Of a stretch of 64,000 nucleotides of DNA, positions 53,158-64,000 are shown piece after piece. The DNA is from Eledone cirrhosa (taxonomy: Eukaryota), in contig OZ024743.1 of NCBI GenBank assembly GCA_964016885.1, positions 269,576,001 through 269,640,000 on the forward strand, read 5' to 3'. The position numbers were made by a program, and so were the translations under genes. Each line of letters starts with the position of its first letter. The stretch's first letter is position 1. Below the pieces are notes generated by a model. That model saw only the letters and a list, made by a program, of their open reading frames with translations. It had not been told where the DNA came from and searched no databases.

Positions 53158-53690
53158 CCATGTATGTATGTACGTACGTTTGTATGTATATACGTACAAA
53201 TGTATATAAGTACGAATGTACATATATATGTACGTATATATGTAAGTAAGTCTGTCTGTATGTATGTATGTACGCACGTACGTCTGCATGTATGTATGTA
53301 CGCCCGTACGTCTGCATGTATATACGTACATATGCATATAAGTACGACTGTACATATGTATGTAAGTCTGTATGTATGCACGTAGGTTTGCATGTATATA
53401 CCTACATATGCATATCAGTACGAATGTATGTATGTATGTATATGTATATGTGTATACGTACATATGCATATAAGTACGAATGTATGTATGTATACATGTA
53501 TATACGTACATTTCTATTTATTTATACGTATAATTCCATATAGCCAGGGTGTATATAAACATCTTTGTATGTGTATGGAAGTTCTATGTATGTTCTACGT
53601 TTACTTCTCTGTTTTGCTATATATATATTACTCAATGTGTGTTATGCATGTCTGGATGCGTGTACGTGTAGTGTGTGTATGTATGCATAT

Positions 53691-54039
53691 GACTGGCCAG
53701 TCTGCTGATATGCAAATCTGGCTGATCAGTGGATCTGCTAATATGCAAATCTGACTGATCAGTCACTGTGTATTTTAGAAAATAGCATATATTTTCACTA
53801 GCTTTTGCAGTTGGCAGGTGAACAGTGAGCTGTACTGATGAAGGGTGATACCCAGAAACATTAGTGTCTGCAGTTCTGTTTACATGCCAACACAAGAGCA
53901 AGAATGAAGGGTTCATTCTACTGACATGGCTTTAAAAATGAGGCTTGTTTGTATAATTGCAAACGAATCGAATGTTATTATTAATATTCGAAAAACTCAG
54001 ATTACATTTATTGTATTCAGCCGTGTAGAGCGAAAATTT
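53691..54039 (+). mobile_element. ~350-bp HHR-bearing element family R1, copy 1
   Basis: Starts at the gactggccagtc palindrome, has two ATGCAAAT repeats and an HHR, and ends in (TA)n. Four more copies at 58.0-59.5 kb. Confidence 0.85.
53810..53891 (+). ncRNA. Complete type I hammerhead ribozyme (GTC site at 53866-53868)
   Basis: gagctgta-CTGATGA-a-gggt-gat-accc-a-GAAA-ca-ttag-t-GTC-tgcagttc. Helix I extends through a bulge via gtgaaca/tgtttac and gttggca/tgccaac. Confidence 0.85.
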
Positions 54040-54042
54040 ATA

Positions 54043-54097
<55 letters not shown>

Positions 54098-54574
54098 TTA
54101 CATATATGTATATACATATGTGCGTGTTCGTGTATGCATATGCATTGTATGTTTGTATATATGTGGGCGTGTACATATACGTCTATACATATATGTATGT
54201 GCATGTGTGTTCGTAGGTATTTCCAGATGTTTCTATATATTTCTAAGTATCTATATATCTGAACACTCATTTTATATATCTACGTATTAATAATTGTGCA
54301 GATATATGTACTGGTATATATATATAGATGCATGTATAGATGCATGTAAGTTTATATTCATACACAGGCATATGCAGATACATATGCACACATACATACA
54401 CATGCACACATACATATACATTCACCCATGTATACATACATATATACATACATAACATTGTTGTACGCTTTGTTAAGTGGATGTAATTAAAATATTATTT
54501 CACACACACACAAACACGCACATACAGAGACACACATACTCACACAGACACACATATATATGTGTGTGTGTGTG

Positions 54575-54620
<46 letters not shown>

Positions 54621-54874
54621 CATACACACACACATATATATGTGTGTGTGGGTGTGTGTCTGTGTGAGTGTGTGTGTCTCTGTGTGTGCGTGTGTGTGTG
54701 TGTGTGTCTATGTGTGCGGAAGAACTCATAAGAGACAACAGCCATCCAAAAGTGTGTAAATATGTATATACACATGTACATATGTATGTATATGCGTGGG
54801 GACATACTCCATAACGAGGGAGCAGTCACATACATATATATATATATATAAATATATGTATATATGTATATATT

Positions 54875-54905
<31 letters not shown>

Positions 54906-55029
54906 GTATGTATCTGTATATATATTATACATATATACATACATACACATACACATACATACACACACACATACATACACACATATATATATAAATATAT
55001 ATACACGGTATATGTTTTAACTTATATTA

Positions 55030-55136
<107 letters not shown>

Positions 55137-55494
55137 TTTTATATGGGCAACGCGAGAAAATAATAGATGTAAAAGAAATATGCGTTTCGATGTTGTGGAA
55201 CAAAATCATAGTAGAATGTACGCAGTAGAAATTTATTGGAGGAAGCACTTCACCTAATAAGCCATATATATCACTAACTTATTAGTACATACGCGTTAGC
55301 TCTCTTCACCTCGTCAAATGACACAACATACTGCTGAAGTTCAATTTCACTTTCTCTCGTATTCATAAAAGTCTTTCAATGTTTCTTAAGTCAACCATTT
55401 TGTTTACACTTCTAGCTACATGAGTTGGTGGCCATGGGCTCTTTAATGTAGTCGTTATGGCTTACACTCGATTCCTTGCACGGGGGAAGAGTCC

Positions 55495-55705
55495 TCAAAT
55501 ACTCCTTCCAACGGGTCCTGTCAGAAGCAGCCATCTACAATTGGTGTGGTTGGATCCCACAACGAGACCAACCGAGTCCATGGATGTTATCCAATCATCT
55601 TGCTCAGAGTCTACCCCTGGATTTCATGCTGGTTAGTTTTGACCGTAAAATTGGTCCTTTTTTGAGGCATTTTAACCACATGCCTGTAATATCGGAGCTG
55701 TGATC
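55495..55705 (-). mobile_element. RTE-like LINE 3' fragment
   Basis: Homologous to 26868-27065 (aaatactccttc..gggtcctgtca...ggatgttatccaa...atcggagct). Confidence 0.65.
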
Positions 55706-56185
55706 TCACAAATCACAAAATACAACGAGCTTAAACTAACCTAAACTCATCACACAAAATACAATTACTCAGTTAAATAGAATTAATAGTAAAACTACAA
55801 TCGAAAAGCTCTTCACGCCAAAGACATAATACTTCCACTCAATCCTCGGCATAAAAGTCAGCATATAACAATCAAAAGATAAAGATATCTATCTACCTCT
55901 CTACTCAGGTGATTCTGTTAGACTAAAGCTAGTTCCATATGGGCTATAACTTGATACAACAGTTAAAAATGGCCGTAATTGCTGTGTCGTGAGAACGAGA
56001 CACATTTTCAACGTTTTAGGCAATATCTGATATTTGAAAGTGATGTAAGATTGCTGCCCGACATATTAGATAATTCCAGGTGTCTCCACGAATTCTACAG
56101 TTTGATCATTCTTATATTAGATTGGACCAATGATAAAATATTTCATTATTCAATTGAACCATCCTTAACAGTATCTTCTACAATA

Positions 56186-56373
56186 GGTGGATTGGTAGTA
56201 TCGGTAGACGGTCGGACGCCATGCTTTGACGCATAGAGTTACGGCCCTTGCCATTCTGAATTCAAATCCTGCCGAGGTTAACTTTGCCTTTCATCCTTAC
56301 GGGGTCGATAAAATAAAGTACCAGTAATGCACTGGGTAATTGCTGGCCTTGTGCCAAAAGCAGAAACAATTAT
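56186..56373 (+). mobile_element. Full-length SINE-A
   Basis: Near-consensus copy. Confidence 0.9.
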
Positions 56374-56933
56374 TTATTTAAAGCAGCAGGATTGTATGAA
56401 CTATGAAAAACGGAACTTTGGTTGTTTGTCTTCTAAAGTAATTTTGCTATTTTTAGTCTAGCATGAATTGTATAAATATGAATAAAGTAAGTTAGTTTCT
56501 TTATGTTGTTTGCAGTTGTTTATATTTGTTGTTGTTATTGTTTCATCAGATAAGGAAGCAGATGCGATGTCTGGCTAATGTAGCAATTATTGTGGAATTT
56601 GTAACCCGCATCTGGGTAATTAAATTCATGGGAGGCATTGATGACTAAGACGCAGAAGTCAACTACGTTTGAGGCAACGGAGTGCAGTTACATCTCACGA
56701 ACTCCCTAATTTCTATTTAATTTGTAATTATAAGGAGACGTTTTTTGTCATTATGAAACACATAGCATTGCATCAACTTTTTTTTGATTGTTTGTAATAA
56801 ATTACCGGCAACTTGTTGGGCAGTTTAGTTATTATAGTCTAGGACAACCTATTGTTTTACAGACGGAATATGGAATAAGTAATATTCGGTTTCTTCTTCA
56901 AACTTATGTTCGTTGATGTACGTACGTACTTAC

Positions 56934-56964
<31 letters not shown>

Positions 56965-57548
56965 TGTATGTATGTATGTATGTATGTATGTATGTATGTA
57001 TGTATGTATGTATGTTTGTATGTATGTATGTATGTATGTATGTATGTATGTATGTATGTATGTATGTATGTATGTATGCTTCACGGCACAGGCATTGCTT
57101 TATATCTGGAGATCTCTCTGCTCTTGTTGTCACATGGTACCATGGGCCCAGCACTATGTGTCAATAGTGTCACAAGTGTAGTGTTTGTACCAGAGTTTTC
57201 AAGTCGCTGGCTGGACTAAAAAGTCACACTGTTTCAGCGCATCGGTAGGGGTTCTCCTACATGGATATAAAGTAGTGGCCGTACTCGAAAACGATTTGGC
57301 AGCCACCATGTATGTATGTATGTATGTATGTATGTATGTATGTATGTATGTATGTATGTATGTATGTATGTATGTATGTATGTATGTATGTATGTATGTA
57401 TGTATGCATGTATGTATGCATGTATGTATGTATGCATGCATTATGTATGTATATATGTATGCATGTGAAATCAATCGTATATATATATATGTATATACAT
57501 TCAAATATATATATGAGAGAGAGAGAGAGACTCACGCACGCATGCATG

Positions 57549-57604
<56 letters not shown>

Positions 57605-57611
<7 letters not shown>

Positions 57612-58000
57612 TAAAATAACAGATTAAAGTTTAAGCAAAGAATCGCTGCTTTCACCCTTAACGGGATCTTCGGAAACTAACAAAGTCAATCTGTGAACGC
57701 AGAAGTGAATATTTCAAAAAACGATGCAACCGGAGGAAGACAGGAAGACGATACTTTGGTTCGTGGAAACGTTCCCTGGCAAAGAACGGGAAAAAACGAT
57801 ATAATACGTCATTATTTGGAGCGGTGAAAAACAATTACACGCAAAGACAAAACCACGTTTATGGTATAAAAGAAGTCGTAGACTAATATTCTATTAGGAG
57901 GTTCATAGAGACGTTATCTGGCAATGAACGGAACACACGAAAAGGCTGAAAGCAGCGATTCTTTGCTTAAACTTTGGTATAAAAGAAGTCGTAGACTAAT
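57605..58000. mobile_element. Inverted-repeat element F2, copy 2 (right arm truncated)
   Basis: Near-identical to 38504-38880. Confidence 0.85.
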
Positions 58001-58014
58001 ATATATATATATAT

Positions 58015-58714
<700 letters not shown>

Positions 58715-58771
58715 TCATATATATAAAAGAGAGAGAGAGAGACACTCACACACGCATGTATGTATATATAT

Positions 58772-59538
58772 AATCTGAGTTTTTCGAATATTAACAATAA
58801 CATTCGATTCGTTTGCAAATGTACAAAGAAGCCTAATTTTTATAGCCATGTCAGTAGAATGAACCCTTCATTCTTGCTCTTTTGTTGGCATGTAAACAGA
58901 ACTGCAGACACTAATGTTTCTGGGTATCACCCTTCATCAGTACAGCTCACTGTTCACCTACAACTGTCAGAGCTAGTGAAAATATATGCTATTTTCTAAA
59001 ATACACAGTGACTGATCGGCCTGATTTGCATATTAGCAGACTCGCTGATCAGTCAGATCTGCATATTAGCAGATCCACTGATCAGCCAGATTTATATATC
59101 AGCAGACTGGCCAGTCAGTTTCCTGTATACGAGGGAGGAAATGGCCGGCTTTGTAACATTTAAAAAAGAAAATTTCTTCCTACATGGCTGAATACAATAA
59201 ATGTAATCTGAGTTTTTCGAATATCAATAATAACATTCGATTCGTTTGAAATTATGCAAACGAGCCTCATTTTTAAAGACATGTCAGTAGAATGAGCCCC
59301 CTCATTCTTGCTCCTGTGTTGGCATGTAAAGAGAACTGCAGTCACTAATGTTTCCGGGTATCACCCTTTATCAGTACAGATCACTGTTCACCTGCCAACT
59401 ATCAGAGCTAGTGAAAATATATGGTATTTTCTAAAATATACAGTGACTGATCGGCCTGATTTGCATATTAGCAGACTGGCTGAGCAGTCAGATCTGCATA
59501 ATAGCAGATCCACTGATCAGCAAGATTTACATATCAGC

Positions 59539-59543
<5 letters not shown>
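58772..59543 (-). mobile_element. Two tandem R1 elements (copies 4 and 5)
   Basis: 58772-59116 and 59161-59543; HHR positions are 434 nt apart. Confidence 0.85.
58899..58948 (-). ncRNA. Complete type I HHR (R1 copy 4)
   Basis: Exact reverse complement of 53827-53876. Confidence 0.85.
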
Positions 59544-59592
<49 letters not shown>

Positions 59593-59601
59593 GTTGATAT
59601 G

Positions 59602-59667
<66 letters not shown>

Positions 59668-59674
<7 letters not shown>

Positions 59675-60053
59675 GTGAGGTTTTTTTTTACAAATTGAAA
59701 AATAACCGAGGTGTCCTACACGAGTGAAAGTATAAAGAAAATAAGATGAAATCGAAAATGCAACTGGAGTCTTATTTTTTTCAAAAATATATATATATAT
59801 TTGGTTCCTTTACCGGTTTCGCATTTCTTGTGCTTTTCAAAAGTAGAGATGAGATGGAGGGTCTATGGTTTTTCTCACATCGGGTTTTCTCACATGTGGT
59901 TTTTCTCAGATGTGAGAAAAACCACAGACCCTCCATCTCAACTCTACTTTTGAAAAGCAGAAGAACTGCGAAACCGGTAAAGGAACCAAATAAATATATA
60001 TAATTTTTTTAAAATAAGACTTCAGTTGCATTTTCGATTTCATCTTTTTTTCT

Positions 60054-60058
<5 letters not shown>
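59668..60058. mobile_element. Large fold-back element with HHR 3' half
   Basis: ~145-bp arms (59735-59881 and 59909-60057) containing GC-GAAAC-CG-GTA-AAGG; between (TA)n and (TCTA)n. Confidence 0.75.
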
Positions 60059-60121
<63 letters not shown>

Positions 60122-60122
60122 A

Positions 60123-60186
<64 letters not shown>

Positions 60187-60221
60187 TATAAATATATCCA
60201 ACATCCTGTTATTTTAAATTA

Positions 60222-60361
60222 ATTAAATCCGTACTCGCACCACCAACAACACAAACGCCAGACGGATGAGTTGCATTACGTCGAGTGCTCTCCCTAATAT
60301 TACATCAAGGTTGACTATACGGAATGACCAGTTCTATCCAGTGGTGAACCAACAAACCTAA

Positions 60362-60363
<2 letters not shown>
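60222..60363 (+). mobile_element. Second copy of the 25238 repeat
   Basis: Sequence similarity; followed by (TA)n. Confidence 0.65.
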
Positions 60364-60444
<81 letters not shown>

Positions 60445-60464
60445 ATATATATATATAATATATA

Positions 60465-60574
<110 letters not shown>

Positions 60575-61040
60575 TTATATGGAGAGAGAGACATGGGGCG
60601 TTCTCCCTATTCGTGGCAATATTTCCAACCATTTTAGTACTTCATGTGGAGTTTATTTCGATATTCAATTGCAACAGAATATCTTTGTAGAAAGATGATA
60701 TACACCTATATACCAATTAGTATTCAATTGACAGAGTTTGATATAGTATAATATTAAACAATGAAAGATTAAGAAAACATGGCTAGGTTGCCAATTAAAC
60801 TGTTATTTTACGATGTACAGACTTAATTATTCTGTAGTCAATCCTCAGACGCCGTGGTGTTGATGGTATGGAGCTACCAACGATTAGACTGCACATCAAT
60901 ACTTTGGTCTTTGAAAGGATCGCAAATTACACACATAAATGTATGTGTATATATACATACATACGTACATACGTACATACATACATACATACATACATAC
61001 ATAATTTGTGAAATTTGTGAAATTATAAAACCAGAAGAAT

Positions 61041-61118
<78 letters not shown>

Positions 61119-61168
61119 GACGTAAAATAAGAACATTTAAAAAATTAAACTTACTTACTAAAATTTTC

Positions 61169-61250
61169 ACTCCAACTAATTAGTTTCTGTAAGGGAATAA
61201 ATATAGTTACGCAACGCAACTATAGAAAAGTCCTTACGTCATCAGGGAGT
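61169..61250 (-). ncRNA. Type I HHR (R2, inverted copy)
   Basis: Reverse complement of 61390-61471 with minor changes. Confidence 0.75.
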
Positions 61251-61389
61251 CTATTCTCAGCTAGGTTCCCAGGCAATGCGTGGACACTAGGAACCCATAT
61301 AAAAATAATAATTCGGTGGATGGAAAAAAGCTTATTTTTATATGGGTTCCTAGTGTCCGCGCATTGCCTGGGAACCTAGCTGAGAATAG

Positions 61390-61471
61390 ACTCCCTGATG
61401 ACGTAAGGACTTCTCTATAGTTGCGTTGCGTAACTATATTTATTCCCTTACAGAAACTAATTAGTTGGAGT
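61390..61471 (+). ncRNA. Type I HHR (R2)
   Basis: actcc-CTGATGA-c-gtaagg...tatagttgcg/cgtaactata...ccttac-a-GAAAC-taatta-GTT-ggagt. Confidence 0.8.
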
Positions 61472-61921
61472 GAAAATTTTAGTAAGTAAGTTAATTTTTT
61501 AAATTTTCTTATCTTACGTCTTTCATATAATTGTTCTGCATCCCCCTGCATAAAACCACAAAGGTACTAAGACATAACATATATATTTGCTAGCATGGGT
61601 ATACATCTGTATACACATGTTGGTAGATATACTAATTCTCGATATTTATCTCCAAATTATTTGTTGAGCAAAACTTTCGAAATTTACTGCTATGGTTCAT
61701 GGTAGTAGTTAGGCTCTTGTCATAATACCACCCCACTCCTCACTGATTAACCTCAGTGTCATGTGATTGATTCTTTAGAATTTGCCACTGACCAAGTAGG
61801 CAGTGAATTTTTTCAGTGCCCAGGAATCTAGTCCCCGGTAGCTTTTTTCCATCCACGGAATTATTATTTTTATATAGGTTCATAGTGTCCGCGCATTGCC
61901 TGGGAACCTAGCTGAGAATAG

Positions 61922-62003
61922 ACTCCCTGATGACGTAAGGACTTCTCTATAGTAGCGTTGCGTAACTATAGTTATTCCCTTACAGAAACTAATTAGTTGG
62001 ATT
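61922..62003 (+). ncRNA. Type I HHR (R2, second direct copy)
   Basis: Same motif with one helix I mismatch (ggatt). Confidence 0.75.
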
Positions 62004-62161
62004 GAAAATTATAGTCAGTTAATTTTTAAAATTTTCTTATTTTACGTCTTTCATATAATTGTTCTGCATCCCCCTGCATAGAACCACAAAGGTACTAAGA
62101 CATAACATATATATTTGCTAGCATGGGTATACATCTGTATACATATGTTGGTAGATATACT

Positions 62162-62306
<145 letters not shown>

Positions 62307-62319
62307 TATATTATATTAT

Positions 62320-62350
<31 letters not shown>

Positions 62351-62351
62351 C

Positions 62352-62430
<79 letters not shown>

Positions 62431-62437
<7 letters not shown>

Positions 62438-62649
62438 AGAAATGTTAGCTATCGCTGTATTTTGACTAAAGAAATTAAAGAAATTATTGACGTACATGTG
62501 CGTCAATACTCATTTTTTCCATTTCTCCGAGGGTTCTTAACCCCACTATCAGGCTAAATAATTTCTTTAATTTCTTTAGTCAAAATACGGCGATAGCTAA
62601 CATTTCTAATAATTTCAAATCCACTCGCTGTTTCGAAAATATTCTTACT

Positions 62650-62652
<3 letters not shown>
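62431..62652. mobile_element. Fold-back element in (TA)n
   Basis: ~57-bp arms at 62432-62488 and 62557-62613, plus a 3' tail. Confidence 0.7.
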
Positions 62653-62732
<80 letters not shown>

Positions 62733-62735
<3 letters not shown>

Positions 62736-63146
62736 TTTCTGAATTTGTTTAGCAAGATGTTTTATCTGAAAACGTGTGTTTAAACCGATATTGTTATACT
62801 TTGGGAGGGTCATGCTGCCAATAAGAAACAAATGCACCAGTTGCTTTCACTCCAATTTATTATAAATAAGCATACAGCACACACAAAAACAAGATGGCGT
62901 AGGACAACAAAGGAGAGGCACAAAACAAAGAAAAGAATCCCCAGTCACTGAAGAGGTCACAGAATGTGTGACGAAAAAACTTTGACAATATATGAACAAC
63001 CGTCCGGTTGTGGAACCAACCAACCAACCGGAAATTTATAAATTCTTTTGAAAAATTTTTTTAAAAAAATTTATAATATATAATAAATTGGTGTAAATCA
63101 ACTGGTGCGTGTGTTTCTTATTTGCAACATGACCCTCCCAAAGTAT

Positions 63147-63154
<8 letters not shown>
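62733..63154. mobile_element. Inverted-repeat element with a central HHR at 62944-62986 (+)
   Basis: Arms 62788-62867 and 63076-63154. HHR reads gtca-CTGAAGA-g-gtcaca-gaatg-tgtgac-GAAA-aaa-CTT-tgac. Confidence 0.7.
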
Positions 63155-63529
<375 letters not shown>

Positions 63530-63724
63530 GTATATATATATTGTTATATTTGGGGAGTGTCCTATTATAATAATATTGCCAGAAATAATAATAAAACACA
63601 CTGTTTGTTTTGGATTGGTTTTCGCCTCTGTATCTTTTATCTCCACAGTTAATTTATCTGGCAATCAATGTTTATCATTGATTGACCAACGGTTAAAAAT
63701 AAAGATATATATATATATAGTCCA

Positions 63725-63764
63725 GCAAAGTTCTTTCGTCACACATCTGTGACATCATCAGTGG
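63725..63764 (-). ncRNA. HHR-like motif related to 62944
   Basis: cca-CTGATGA-t-gtcaca-gatg-tgtgac-GAAAG-aa-CTT-tgc; helix I is weak. Confidence 0.55.
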
Positions 63765-63824
63765 TACTGTTATGTTTCCTCCCGTTGTATTATAATGTTT
63801 CCGCCATTTATATACATCTATCCA

Positions 63825-64000
63825 TCTAGGGCGGGTAAAATTCCCGAGATCCATGGACGATTTCTCTCCAGCTGTCTCTATCCCTCATTATCGCTGCCAT
63901 GTCCTGCGTCTCCAACAGACCAGTGTCTGTCCTTAGGGCATCAACATACGTTAACCTTGGTCTTCCTCTTCCAGTGTGTCCATGCAGGGGCTCCCACAGG
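63825..64000 (-). pseudogene. RTE-like LINE ORF C-terminus
   Basis: WEPLHGHTGRGRPRLTYVDALRTDTGL..MAAIMRDRDSWREIV: the GRP...DR..WR terminal pattern of RTE ORFs. Confidence 0.7.

Noticed and set aside
60795-60855. Minus-strand CTGAGGA followed by a hairpin
   Set aside because: The GAAA box reads GTAAA and no helix I or III could be built.

Overview
Repeat-saturated, AT-rich eukaryotic DNA, most likely intronic or intergenic. The dominant tRNA-derived SINE resembles octopod cephalopod SINEs, so the taxon is an inference. No host protein-coding gene is supportable, and nearly all listed ORFs are microsatellite artefacts. Recognisable coding remnants are two Penelope-like retroelements (RT with YRDD plus GIY-YIG, Naiad-like) at about 39.1-42.7 kb (-) and 47.2-49.3 kb (+), an RTE-like LINE with a 5' inversion (26.8-27.9 kb) and small LINE fragments. 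The main hidden signal is RNA-level. About 17 type I hammerhead ribozyme (HHR) motifs (CTGANGA...GAAA...NTH) from at least 8 sequence families can be read by eye, nearly all in short non-coding elements lodged in (TA)n/(CA)n tracts. They include (i) a ~350-bp element in five copies with a full HHR, a long bulged helix I and octamer (ATGCAAAT) repeats, (ii) a non-coding unit with three HHRs that would release a 532-nt monomer (retrozyme-like), and (iii) about 10 asymmetric fold-back elements, several of which turn within HHR helix II. All ribozyme calls come from manual base-pairing and need covariance-model and cleavage validation.
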